Below, in pieces: positions 37,971 to 50,649 of a stretch of DNA of 64,000 bases. A model generated the notes under the pieces. It searched no databases. It was not told the origin of the DNA and saw only the letters and a program-made list of their open reading frames with translations. Both the position numbers and the translations under genes were made by a program. Source of the stretch: Malacoraja senta (taxonomy: Eukaryota); NCBI GenBank assembly GCA_038087875.1, contig CM075989.1, positions 16,928,001-16,992,000 on the forward strand, given 5' to 3'. Each line of letters starts with the position of its first letter. Position 1 is the first letter of the stretch.

Positions 37971-38840
37971 TAAGTCATCTGTTCACAACTCTGGGGTAGC
38001 CTGTAACTTAGTGCTCTTTGATATGCAAATTGTCTTGGTTGCTTTAAGCTCTAATTATTTTGCCTCTTCCATTCTTTGAAACAAGCCTCTCTATAGATTC
38101 CCTCCTTTACAATTTTGCCATAGCATCTTTTTATTTTTATCTTCTAAATAAGTGAAATCTTGTTGCGTTTCCTGAACGTGTTTGATATGCAGACAGGTTT
38201 CTGTTAAATATGAATCTTTCAGTAAACTATTTCCTTGTCAGCACGTCTCAATTGATAACATTCTCACCTGTCACTCGGAAGATAGTGGATTCAAATTAAA
38301 TTTTGTCCCACTTGAGGACACAGATTAATCCAACTCTTGGGTAAATCTATCTGCCAGTCGATGCTTCTCCATGTCAAATTAGAAGTTAGATTGAGGTCCC
38401 ATATGCCTGGAGGGCGGGAGGTAAAATATTACATGGTTTTATTTTGAACATGAGCAGAATTGTGCCAATTGTGATAACCAATATCTATATTACTAAAACT
38501 AAGATCTTGACCGCTTTTGACTTACTGTTATGTGATTTCTGGGAGAACGCCGCCACTTACGGCCGTCATTTTTGGCCACCTCGCTCAGAGCCCCCCTCCG
38601 CCGGACTGGACTGGAGGATTTTTCCCATCGATGAAAAATCAGAGAGATATTAATGTTTTTAAACAATTTCGCCATTCTCTCTGCTGCCCCCGCTGGCGGC
38701 AGGGGGGAGGGACTATAAAACCCGGAAGTGTCGTGGCTCACTCAGTCTCTGCCAGACGGAGGAAGCGAGAGGGTAACGGCTCTCTGAGCTGCGAATAACA
38801 CTGAACGCACGTCTACTCCACGATGAGTCCCCGGGATGTG

Positions 38841-39192
38841 GTTTTCAGCAAATGTGTATTGTTGGCTTGCAAAGTGTTTTTGCCCAATTGGCTTTTTGGC
38901 TTTTTAAAGGGCTTTCAGCAAATGTGTATTGTTGGCTTGCAAAGTGTTTTTGCCCAATTGGCTTTTTGGCTTTTTAAAGGGCTTTCAGCAAATGTGTATT
39001 GTTGGCTTGCAAAGTGTTTTTGCCCAATTGGCTTTTTGGCTTTTTAAAAGGGCTTTCAGCAAATGTGTATTGTTGGCTTGCAAAGTGTTTTTGCCCAATT
39101 GGCTTTTTGGCTTTTTAAAGGGCTTTCAGCAAACGTGTTTTGTTGGCTTGCAAAGTGTTTTTGCCCAATTGGCTTTTTGGCTTTTAAAGGGC
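38841..39192 (+). repeat. 70-bp tandem repeat, 5 copies
   Basis: Unit starts GCTTTCAGCAAATGTGTATTGTTGGCTTGCAAAG at 38841, 38911, 38981, 39052, 39122. Confidence 0.97.
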
Positions 39193-39294
39193 TTGCTTGC
39201 AACAGTTTTCGGATGGATAAAGCGTTAATAAACATTTTATTTGATCAGGACTGCGTTTAATTTCAAAATTGGCGCTCATTCTGTGATTTTCGCT

Positions 39295-39460
39295 TAGTTG
39301 CAAGATGGCGCTGATGACGTCATTTCCGGTTAGCGGCATGCTGGCGCTGAGTGAGTCATTTCTGGTTCGTGGCAAGAAGCGAGAGGGTGACATCAAGATG
39401 GCGCCGAGTGCAGATGCCATTGAATAATTCAAGAGAGCTGCTCTGTCTATGGTGAGTGTG
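39295..39460 (+). promoter_or_regulatory. Housekeeping-promoter-like module inside Helitron
   Basis: CAAGATGGCG (YY1-like) at 39301 and 39394, TGACGTCA (CRE) 39315-39322, TTTCCGG (ETS) 39323, G|GTGAGT donor at 39452. Confidence 0.45.
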
Positions 39461-39586
39461 TTTGTTGGACGTTATTTAAAGCACATTTTTGCTTCAGCAC
39501 CAGCAGCCTCTACAGGGGGCTTTAAACATTCATTTTACACACTGTGTATTCACCACGTTCTGAAGTTACTTTGCATTTTTGTATTG

Positions 39587-39995
39587 GGTGAGTGTGTGTG
39601 AGTGAATGAGTGAGTGTGTGTGAGTATGTGTGAGTGTGTGTGAATGTGTGTGAATGAGTGTGTGTGTGTGTGTGAATGAGTCTGTGTGAATGAGTTTGTG
39701 TGTGTGAATGAGTGTGTGTGAATGAGTCTGTGTGTGAATGAGTCTGTGTGAATGAGTGTGTGTGTGAATGAGTGTGTGTGTGTGTGAATGAGTCTGTGTG
39801 TGTGTATGAGTCGGTGTGTATATGTGAATGAGTCTGTGTGTGTGTATGTGTGTGTGTAAATGAGTGTGTGTGAGAGCGAGTCTGTGTGTGTGTCTGAGTG
39901 TGTGTGTCTGTGTGTGTGTGTGACTGAGTGAGTCTGTGTGTGAGTCTCTGTGTGTGTGTGTGAGAGTCTGTGTGTGAGTGCCTGTGTGTGTGAGG
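39587..39995 (+). repeat. Complex (TG)n/TGAATGAG microsatellite
   Basis: Seen directly. Confidence 0.97.
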
Positions 39996-41279
39996 TGGAG
40001 GGTGTTTGTGATCAACAAATAACAAATAGTACAAATAATATAGTCTTTTGTAGTTCAGAGCTTATTTGTTATGTTTAATAGCCTGATGGCTGTCAGGAAG
40101 AAGCTGTTCCTCAATGTGGATGTTACAGTTTTCAGTTTACAAAAGTCGGACCTGACTCCAGAAGTCGGGCGTCAGTCAGTCCGCAAGTCCAAAGGCCATG
40201 AGTTAATCCCAAGGCAGTGAGTGAGTCCAGAGGCCATGAGTAAGTCGCTCACCGCCCCCTCCCCACCACTGACATCCCCCACCTCAAGACGCTGCCCTCC
40301 GCCTGGCTATAGGATGCGCCCCCTCCTGCCCCCTACTGAAGCCGCCCACATCCCCCGCTGGAGGACACCCCCCCCCCTTTCTCATCAGCTCACGAGAACC
40401 CCTGCCTGAAGCTGTCCCCCTCCCTTGACTGCATGACGTTTGCCACCCCTTCCCTCCCCCCCCACTGGCCAACAATATTGGAATTGGTGGAAAGGTGGAA
40501 TATTGCATTGGGTGACCAGCCCTCCCGTGTGATGCTAAGACCCAACGGGTCCCACTTAGTCTAGTTTAACCCTGAATTCATATCCTTAAAACAGATTGTC
40601 CCCACAGTTTGTTAACATAGTCTAATGCTGTTGTGTTGCTGCATAAATGAATTTGATCATTTGAACTTGATAATTCATTGTATGACTTGTTTATCAATGG
40701 ATTGCTTTGAGTACTCTGGGGATATGCTGCACTTGTGTTTGGAAGTGCCCGAACAGACATTTGTCAGCGAATCATACAGCATGGATACAGGTCTTTCAGA
40801 CCAACTTGTCCACCAGTGGGCACCTTTCCTTACTAATCCCATCTGCCAGTAAGTGGTCCATGGCCTTCCATGCCTAGTTTTCAGTGCTAGCAACTTCTTA
40901 AATTCTGTCAGTGACCTAGCTTCAGCTATTCTCCCAAGCAGCGCATCAACATTACTCAATGCTCTCTTGACATTTCCACTAAATTCAGTTACATACTAGA
41001 CTAAGTTGGGTCCCATGTTCACACTGGAGGGCTGGTCCCCGACGCAATATTCCACCTCTCCACCAATTCCAATATTGGTGGCCAGTGGGGGGGGGGGGGG
41101 GGGCTTTCTGGAGCGCTGGTATGGGTGTTGTTGGCTGCAGGGACTACTGGTCTCCAGAAGGCTAGTATGGACATTGTGAGCCAAATGGATTCTTGGCGTC
41201 GCAGCTCAGTCCCTGATGTGCTGGCAGCTCTCTCACGGCTGGTGGGCTGGCAGTTGACTCACGGCTATTCCTTGAAATT

Positions 41280-41730
41280 CCATTTCAAGCAGAGTGCAAT
41301 GCCACCAAATTCAAATCCATTTCACTACCATTTCAAGCAGGGTGCAAGGCCACCAAATTCAAGTGCAGTTTCTTACCTCTTCGAGCAGGGTGCAAGGCCA
41401 CAAAATTCAAGTGCACTTTCATACCACTTCAAGCAGGGTGCAAGGCCACCAAATTCAGGTTCAGTTTCCTACCACTTCAAGCAGGGTGTAAGGCCACTGA
41501 ATTCAAGTGCAGTTTCCAACCACTTCAAGCAGGGTGCAAGGCCACCAAATTCAAGTGCAGTTTCATACCACTTCAAGCAGGGTGCAAGGCCACCAAATTC
41601 AAGTGCAGTTTCATACCATTTCAAGGAGGGTGCAAGGCCACCAAATTCAAATGCAGTTTCATACCATTTCATGCAGGGTGCAACGACACCACATTCAAAT
41701 GCAGTTTCATACCATTTCAAGCAGGGTGAA
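41280..41730 (-). repeat. 48-bp minisatellite, ~9 copies
   Basis: Reverse complement of 27590-28040. Confidence 0.95.
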
Positions 41731-42107
41731 ACCACCATAAATCCACACAAAACACCACACTCAGTTCAGTAGACATTCAGTGTGTTCAGTTGATTCACAG
41801 CTCAGACAGAGTCGTGACCTCTCCCTCCCCTATCATGCAGAGACTGAGCCACACCCACACTTCCAGGTTTTATAATCCCTCCCCCTCCCACCGGAAAAGG
41901 TGTGGCCTTCGTGGCGTGATTGACGGGAGAGAGATTCTTAATATTTTTTAAACAGTAATAACACTTTTATTTTTCATTGATGGGAAGAATCCTCTGCACC
42001 TGATGAACGGAGGGTGACTGAGTAAGATGGCCAAAAATCACAGCCATAAGTGGTTCCGTTTTATCTAAAATCAATATAGTGCAAACAGGAAGTTGTCAAG
42101 TTCAGAC

Positions 42108-44575
42108 AAACAACCATTTGCAGTGCCTTTTCACTTCAACCCAAAACACTCAAACAACCCTTTGCAGTGCATTTTCACTTCAACCCAAAACCCCAAACAA
42201 CCCTTTGCAGTGCCTTTTCACTTCAACCCAAAACTCCCAAACAACCCTTTGCACTGCCTTTTCACTTCAACCCAAAAACCCCAAATAACCCTTTGCACTG
42301 CCTTTTCACTTCAACCCCAAACCCCCAAACAACTGTTTGCACTGCTATTTCACTTCAACCCATATCCCCCAAACAACCCTTTGCACTGCCTTTTCACTTC
42401 AACCCAAAACCCCCAAACAAACCTTTGCACTGCCTTTTCACTTCAACCCAAAACCCCCAAACAACCCTTTGCACTGCCTTTTCACTTCAACCCAAAAAAA
42501 ACAAACAACCCTTTGCACTGCCTTTTCACTTCAACCCAAAACCCCCAAACAACCCTTTGCACTGCCTTTTCACTTCAACCCAAAACCCCCAAACAACCCT
42601 TTGCACTGCCTTTTCACTTCAACCCAAAACCCCCAAACAACCCTTTGCACTGCCTTTTTACCTCAACCCAAAACCCCAAACAACCCTTTGCACTGCCTTT
42701 TCACTTCAACCGAAAAACCCCAAACAACCCTTTGTACTGCCTTTTTACCTCAACCCAAAACCTCCAAACAACCCTTTGCACTGCCTTTTTCATTCAACCC
42801 AAAACCCCCCAAACAACCCTTTGCACTGCCTTTTTACTTCAACCCAAAACCCCCAAACAACCATTTGCAGTGCCTTTTTACGTCAACCCAAACCCCCCAA
42901 ACAACCATTTGCAGTGCCTTTTTACTTCAACCCAAACTCCCCAAACAACCATTTGCAGTGCCCTTTTACTTCAACCCAAACCCCACAAACAACCATTTGC
43001 AGTGCCTTTTTACTTCAACCCAAACAACCATTTGCAGTGCCTTTTTCCTTCAACCCAAAACCCCCCAAACAACCACTTGCAGTGCCTTTTTACGTCAACC
43101 CGGACCCCCCAAACAACCATTTGCTGTGCCTTTTTACGTCAACCCAAACCCCCCAAACAACCATTTGCAGTGCCTTTTTACGTCAACCCAAACCCCCTAA
43201 ACAACCATTTGCAGTGCCTTTTTACGTTAACCCAAACCCCCCTAACAACCATTTGCAGTGCCTTTTTACGTCAACCCAAACCCCCCAAACAATCATTTGC
43301 AGTGCCTTTTTACGTCAACCCAAAACCCCCAAACAACCATTTGCAGTGCCTTTTTACGTCAACCCAAACCCCCCAAACAACCATTTGCAGTGCCTTTTTA
43401 CTTCAACCCAAACCCCCCAAACAACCATTTGCAGTGCCTTTTTACTTCAACCCAAACCCCCCAAACAACCATTTGCAGTGCCTTTTTACTTCAACCCAAA
43501 CCCCCCAAACAACCATTTGCAGTGCCTTTTTACTTCAACCCAAAATCCCCCAAACAACCACTTGCAGTGCCTTTTTACGCCAACCCAAACTCCCCAAACA
43601 ACCATTTGCTGTGCCTTTTTACGTCAACCCAAACCCCCCAAACAACCATTTGCAGTGCCTTTTTACGTCAACCCAAAACCCCCAAACAATCCTTTGCACT
43701 GCCTTTTCACTTCAACCCCAAACCCCCAAACAACACATTGCACTGCCTTTTCACTTCAACCCATATCCCCCAAACAACCCTTTGCACTGCCTTTTCACTT
43801 CAACCCAATACCCCCAAACATCCCTTTGCACTGCCTTTTCACTTCAACCCAAAACCCCCAAACAACCCTTTGCACTGCCTTTTCACTTCAACCCAAAAAT
43901 CCCAAACAACCCTTTGCACTGCCTTTTCACTTCAACCCCAAACCCCCCAAACAACCATTTGCAGTGCCTTTTTACTTCAACCCAAACAACCATTTGCAGT
44001 GCCTTTTTACGTCAACCCAAACCCCCCAAACAACCATTTGCTGTGCCTTTTTACTTCAACCCAAACCCCCCAAACAACCATTTGCAGTGCCTTTTTACTT
44101 CAACCCAAATCCCCCAAACAAACATTTGCAGTGCCTTTTTACTTCCACCCAAACCCCCCAAACAACCATTTGCAGTGCCTTTTTACTTCAACCCAAAACC
44201 CCGCAACAACCACTTGCAGTGCCTTTTTATGTCAACCCAAACCCCCCAAACAACCATTTGCTGTGCCTTTTTACGTCAACCCAAACCCACCAAACAACCA
44301 TTTGCAGTGCCTTTTTACATCAACCCAAACCCCCCAAACAACCTTTTGAAATGCCTTTTTACGTCAACCCAAACCTCCCCAAACAACCATTTGCAGTGCC
44401 TTTTTACGTCAACCCAAACCCCCCAAGCAACCATTTGCAGTGCCTTTTTACATCAGCCCAAACCCCCCAAACAACCATTTGTAGTGCCTTTTTACATCAA
44501 CCTAAACCCCCCAAACAACCATTTGCAGTGCCTTTTTACGTCAACCCAAATCCCCCAAACAACCATTTGCAGTGC
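42108..44575 (-). repeat. 44-bp minisatellite, ~56 copies
   Basis: Unit AAACAACCATTTGCAGTGCCTTTTTACTTCAACCCAAACCCCCC. Confidence 0.97.
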
Positions 44576-45849
44576 AAAGGGAACAGGCATCAGGCATCAG
44601 GCATGCATTAATCTACAGTGAACTGGAGAGAGTTGTCAGAGGCAGAACAGACTTAGTGACCAAGTGTTGTATCCAGCCTGTGGGTCAAACAATTGGGTTT
44701 TAGTGTGTTAAGTGCATTCCATTTAATTTCATATTTAGGCAGACGCATCAGATGTTCAAGCCCCAATTCTGAAGAAATGTCTTGACCCGAAACGTCACCC
44801 ATTCCTTCTGTCCAGAGATGCTGCCTATCCCGCTGAGTTACTCCAGCATTTTGTGTCTACCTCCCATTTTTAACCATTGGGATCCTTAAGTCTTGTTTAT
44901 GGCACATTCTTCTCTCTAAATGATATTGTCATAAACAATTATCTTACATTTATAACATAACTATATTTAATTGTTCATATTTATTTTGCCTCCATTTGGG
45001 TACTTTAAATCTCCAGCTACTATTAGCATTGAAAATGCCCAATTTACCCAGCAGATGGCAGTGCACTACAAATCTTTGCGAGTTGTTCAAAGTGCTGACC
45101 TCCATCAAGTGGCCTGCCTTTGCTAATACCTTTACCTCTGCTTCTTTGTAGAAGTCCTGATGTTGAATGAGTGTAGACCTGCTCTTAAGCTGTTAATTCA
45201 AGTTCCATCTGTCGATTTTTGAACTGACCTTTCTTACGCTGTGACATTGAGTTCTGTGAGACAGCATAGACTTTGTCGTGCTACATTACTGTGAGCTTAC
45301 TCTAAGCCATTAATGTTGGTGCTGGTTGAATCATTGTAACAATGTTCATATCAGTGGATATTGTCAAGAAGATGATGCATTTTTGAGTTGCACTGGTATG
45401 AAAGGGGATTTGTTTATGTTTTGTCTAAATCAAATTGAACCTGCACATGAGTCAAATGTCAGGGGAATACGATGACTATAGTTACAACACTGGCATCTCC
45501 CCAACAGTGTGGAAAACTGCATAATACATAAATTGCTGGATTGTTCAAATTCTGCCTTGCATTTAAATATGATTAACCACTTCCATCGAGCATCCTTCAG
45601 GCTTAAAAAGCTGCTTGAATCAACAATGAATTAAAGGCCAGGCATTTCTTGAATGTTTACTGTGGAGACCACTTGAGAACTCCCATCTGAAAGCCAGTGA
45701 AATCAGCTGACTGGGCTAAAGTTATTTGAGTTTTCAAAATATGGTTTCTGTACAACAGATTTCAGAGTGTGGGTAGCTGTGAGTGAAGGGGCTTTGGTAA
45801 GCACAGGGATGACAGAGTAAAAGGGGGTCATTTTATAAATTAGAATGAT

Positions 45850-46270
45850 GGCAGCGAGATCAGTCCATGTGTTGTAAATGACCACTTCTGCAGCCAGTGT
45901 CATCAGCTTGATCTCTGGGTGATGGATTCAATGCCCATTGGAGACACGACAGTGCTAAGAGGTACGTTGGGAGCACTTTTAGAGTTGGCCTCTCTGCAGC
46001 TTAAGGAAACAGTGTTAGAGGGAACGCGTGATCGCCAGGGAGAGGAAGAAAAGTAGTCGAGTAGTTGGGGAAGTCCCAGAGTACATGCCACTCTGGAAAC
46101 ACTTCCGATGTTGGAAAACAGTCGGGATGCATGCTTCTTTGTGGAGTACAACTGAACCAAAATCGTGGTGAGTGATTCAGCTGCACAAGGGAAAGAACGG
46201 AGCACAAGGGCATTAATGGTAGGAGACTTGATAGTGATACCTGAAATTTGATATTGACCCTGGAAGGCTG
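45850..46270 (+). mobile_element. Decayed CR1 ORF1 fragment (esterase-like)
   Basis: AGGGCATTAATGGTAGGAGACTTGATAGTG = RALMVGDLIV, resembling the CR1 ORF1 RAxVxGDSIV motif. Confidence 0.45.
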
Positions 46271-47354
46271 CACTGTGTTCAGAAGGAAGATGAGGCACTG
46301 AACATCTTCAGAGATGCTGCCTGTCCCGCTGAGTTACTCCAGCATTTTGTGTTTACCTGAGGCACTGAAGTGTTCAGTCTCCCCATTACTGTAGTCCCTG
46401 AAGCCCCGATGTCCGTTGTAACGCAAAAACAATGGCTATTGTACATTTTAATTTCATCGTATCCATTCCATGCTTTATCATACCCAACATCTATTCCCAC
46501 AGCCTGATATTTTTCAGGGCTGTAGCAATTGATATTTAATATTGTGGTTAATCTTGCGCACACTTTTCAGGATGGATACGGATCTGGTTAGAAGAGGAAA
46601 AGTTGATTGATATAGTCTGTTGTTCGTAGGTTTTATCTCCTGGAGAAAGTCTATTCATGAATTATGCTGCAAAGAATAATGAGGTCTAAGATAGAGGATT
46701 AGTGGCAGCTAGTTTGTGGATAATCTGTCTCAGTGTTTGACTAAAAGCAGAAACAGCTGGAACTGCTCAGCGGTCAAGGAGCACGATGAAGAGAGAATAG
46801 AGTTCTAATTTTCATTAGAAATGTGTATTTGGCGGGATTTAAGTACCCAATCATTGTAACTTAGCTACGATTGGGTACAAAATGATATCAGAGAGAAAGA
46901 AAGAAATAAGGAACAGTAAGATAATATTAATGTGCAGTGAGAGGCATTGCTCTCATTTTCCTGTAATGCAGGTACCTAATGTGGATTAAAGGGACATAGA
47001 ATTCATTTAGATATTAAGTTTAGGTGCGAAACTGATCCCACATCAGGGAGATGTGGAAAGTGAAATCCATTATTCACTTAAGAGTGTTTGTTTTCCTTCC
47101 AGGGGATTGCTGGGGAGTGAGACCTGGGGGTCTAGGGTATCAGTGCTGCCTGACCCACTGAGTTACTCCAGGATTTTTGTCTACATCATTTAGTAAGATC
47201 ATATTTTGCCGCCATGCCACTGTGCTCACTAACCCAATATCTTTGATTGCCTAAATATCTAAAATCCTATTGATCGCTCTATCGAACACACTCAGCATCA
47301 TCCCAGTTGGTTGAAAATTTCAATTGTCCCCAAACCACTGGGTAAACCTCGAAA

Positions 47355-48012
47355 GCTAATGGAATGTTGGCGTTCATAACAAGAGGAGTTGAGTATAGGA
47401 GCAAAGAGGTCCTTCTGCAGTTGTACAGGGCCCAGGTGAGACCACACCTGGAGTATTGTGTGCAGTTTTGGTCTCCAAATTTGAGGAAGGACATTCTTGC
47501 AATTGATGGAGTGCATTGTACGTTCAAGAGGTTTATTCCCGGGATGGCGGGACTGTCATATGTTGAAAGAATGGAGCGACTGGGCTTGGATACACTGGAA
47601 TTTAGAAGGATGAGAGGGAATCTTATTGAAACAAATAAAATTATTTAGGGATTGGACACGCTAGAGGCAGGAAACATGTTCCTGATGTTGGGGGAGACCA
47701 GAACCAGGGGCCACAGTTTAAGAATAAGGGGTAGGCCATTTGGAACGGAGATGAGAAAAATCTTTTTCACCCAGAGAGTTGTGAATCTGCGGAATTCGCT
47801 GCCTCAGAAGGCAGTGGAGGCCAATTCTCTGGATGCTTTCAAGAGAGAATTAGATATAGCTCTTAAAGATAGCAGAGTCAAGGAATATGGGGAGAAGGCA
47901 GGAACGGGGTACTGCAGATGATTGCGGATGATCAGCCATGATCACAGTGAATGGCGGTGCTGGCTCAAAGGGCCGAATGGCCTATTCCTGCACCGATTGT
48001 CTATTGTCTACT
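47355..48012 (+). mobile_element. CR1 LINE 3' fragment
   Basis: MLAFITRGVEYRSKEVLLQLYRAQVRPHLEYCVQFWSP; tail (CTATTGT)n. Confidence 0.9.
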
Positions 48013-48271
48013 AAAGAGATTTATTCTCATGTCAGTCCTTCATGGCTAACTCCTTTGTTTGAGACTGTGATCACTGGTTTTGGACATCCCAGCAAAGGAT
48101 TTGTCTTTATTTCACTGAGAACACGTCCCATTATCTTAGCTCAAAAGTATGGGCCCTAATTTCTCTTCAGTCATCAATCTGCCATCTCAGAATTTAACTT
48201 GCTGCACCTTTGTTGTGCTCCCTCCTTCACATAAAGGAAGGAGAAACCTGTACAAAATATTCTCGGCATGT

Positions 48272-48850
48272 CATAGAAACATAGAAAATAGGTGCAGGAG
48301 TAGGCCATTCGGCCCTTCGAGCCTGCACCGCCATTCAATATGATCATGGCTGATCATCCAACTCAGTATCCTGTACCTGCCTTCTCTCCATACCCCCTGA
48401 TGCCTTTAGCCACAAGGGCCACATCTAACTCCCTCTTAAATATAGCCAATGAACTGGCCTCAACTACCTTCTGTGGCAGAGAATTCCACAGATTCACCAC
48501 TCTCTGTGTGAAAAATAAGACTTCCCCCTTATCCTTAAACTGTGACCCCTTGTTCTGGACTTCCCCAACATCGGGAACAAAGTGGATAACCTCACATTTA
48601 TCCACATTATACTGCATTTGCTGTGCATTTGCCCACTCACCCAACCTATCCAAGTCACCTTGCAGTCTCCTAGCATCCTCCTCACAGCTAACACTGCCCC
48701 CCAGCTTCGTGTCATCCGCAAACTTGGAGATGTTGCATTCAATTCCCTCATCCAGATCATTAATATATATTGTAAATAGCTGGGGTCCCAGCACTGAGCC
48801 TTGCGGTACCCCACTAGTCACTGCCTGCCATTCTGAAAAGGACCCGTTTA
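48272..48850 (-). mobile_element. Internally deleted CR1 fragment, same subfamily as 19031-21057
   Basis: [10 protein letters not shown]...FADDTK...CEVIHF joined directly to the 3' end; near identity to the 19031 copy. Confidence 0.9.
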
Positions 48851-50251
48851 CAGTGTTACCCTCGATAATCAGAACATGATGTCTTTACTCTTCTTTATTC
48901 TTCTACTCAGATCTTCCAATGAAGGCAATGTACCATTTGACTTCCCAGTTGCTACTGAATCTGCTTAATCCTTTAATCTTTAGTGCTTTGTGTACAAGGA
49001 CACTCTGGTCCCTCTGAACACCGACACCTTTTCATTTCTCGCCATTCACAAAAGTACTCTGCATTTCTATTTTCTGCTCGTCCGAAAGCTCAAAATTCTA
49101 CTGTTCCCCTGAATCTGGATTTCCTTTTCTTCTCCACTTGTATCTCTCTCTCATTATTCCATCTCCCCACTTAACCTTCCCCACTACCTTCTACTTAGTC
49201 TCCCCACCCCGCCCCCCTCTGACCAACTGCTCATTCTCTGCTGGTGTACAGTTTCTCCTTGGCATAATGCTCACTTCCCCGGAGAGATTTCTGATCCTGG
49301 CCTAATCTTATCATTACCTTCCAACCTCAACTTATTGTTGTAAAGTGGAATGCTTTAATCAACATTTAAAAGGCATTCATCATATTGGTGATGTTTTAAT
49401 TAAAGTCATGTCATTATTTGTTTTACTACCAGCTGTGAGAATCAATACACAAAAGTCCAATGCTGATGCTTTAGTCTTTATTGATAAATCTGCAAACAGC
49501 GGTAGCTACTGACTACATTCTATAAAATACAGCATGCGTGCATTATCTTTGCACCTTTGAAGTTGCATTTGCTTTGTTTTGCCGAGCAGGCCATGATTTA
49601 ATGTGCAGGAAGGAACTGCAGATGCTGGTTCAAACTGAAGATTGACACGAAATGCTGGAGCAACTATAGTTAAAGGAAAAAGGGAAACAAGAGATATAAC
49701 GAGCTCTATCTCTCATTTCCCTTCCCCTGACTCTTAATTTAAAGATGGGTCTCGACCCGAAACGTCACCCGTTCCTTATTTCCAGCAATGCTGCCTGTCC
49801 CGCTGAGTTACTCCAGCATTTTGTATCTATCTTCAGGCCATGATTTAACTTCCATTCAGACACGGTCTTCAATGATCCGTGCCTTTGGCTCCTCTGCACG
49901 GTACTTCTTACTTAACTTCTAATTCTTTTGGTCTTGTTCAACATTTATCTATGAACTGGATTAATTATTGGAGCACATTCTGCAACAGCCCAAGCAATAA
50001 GCATTTTTTTAAAGTGAAAACACACTTGAAATCATCTGTGATTTCCAGGGACAATCCACTCTCCTTTTTGGTGTCTGGACATGTGAGATTGGTGGGACAA
50101 AACCTTTGTCTGTAAAATTGAGCACGTTATTTTCTGACTACTGAAATGAGTATTCAGCAGGTTCTACTTGAAACTTCAGATTCTATCCCACCAAGCTCTT
50201 ATGTTGCAACATTGAAGATAAGAATGAACCCTGACATTTCACGCTGACTTC

Positions 50252-50649
50252 TTAGTATAAAGGACTTATTAGAAATCCCTGGAAGCTGATTGATCCATCC
50301 CGGCTCCAGAGTGTTCCTTTTTCAAGCATGACCCACACAGAGTCGCACGGGCTGAGTTTCAATATGGCATTCTTGACAGCGAGCTGGCTGGTACCACCTC
50401 CCAGCACACTGTGGATGTTACTGATTCTTTTATTATTCTTCATCAGGACCACGTCAGTCTGAACCCCTTTCATTGGCAGAGAAGTAAAACTGAAGAAGCA
50501 AAAACCAGCAAGAGGGCTTTGGAACTTCCCAGTGTTGTTGTTGTAACCTCCGGCTTTGTTGAGATTGACCTTATCATAAATAATGATCACGTTGGACTTT
50601 CTCAGATGATTCTGTGAGGTACGCTCTACATCAAATAAAACGTTTTTGC
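50252..50649 (-). CDS. Globular C1q domain protein, exon 4 (C1q domain)
   Basis: Acceptor TTTACTTTCACAG|GC (phase 1). KNVLFDVERTSQ...IIYDKVNLNKAGGYNNNTGKFQSPLAGFCFFSF...VVLMKN...AILKLSPCDSVWV...SFQGFLISPLY* follows the gC1q pattern. Confidence 0.88.

Larger units (their letters stand above)
38484..40564 (+). mobile_element. Complete non-autonomous Helitron
   Basis: A|TCTATATTACTAAAA start; GACCC-AAC-GGGTC hairpin then CTTAGTCTAG|T; head very similar to the 25203 element. Confidence 0.9.
40996..44575 (-). mobile_element. Inverted copy of composite Helitron, 5'-truncated
   Basis: Reverse complement of ~25590-28332: CTAG end at 40996, 48-bp array 41280-41730, internal head ~41760-42100, 44-bp array to 44575. 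Confidence 0.9.

Noticed and set aside
39522..40034. His/Thr-rich ORFs
   Set aside because: (CA)n microsatellite translation.
41125..41772. ORF with 16-aa repeats FKQGARPPNSSAVSYH (also 27567-28151)
   Set aside because: Translation of the 48-bp array inside a Helitron; both strands are largely open.
42093..44621. ORFs of 842 and 814 aa
   Set aside because: Same minisatellite artefact.
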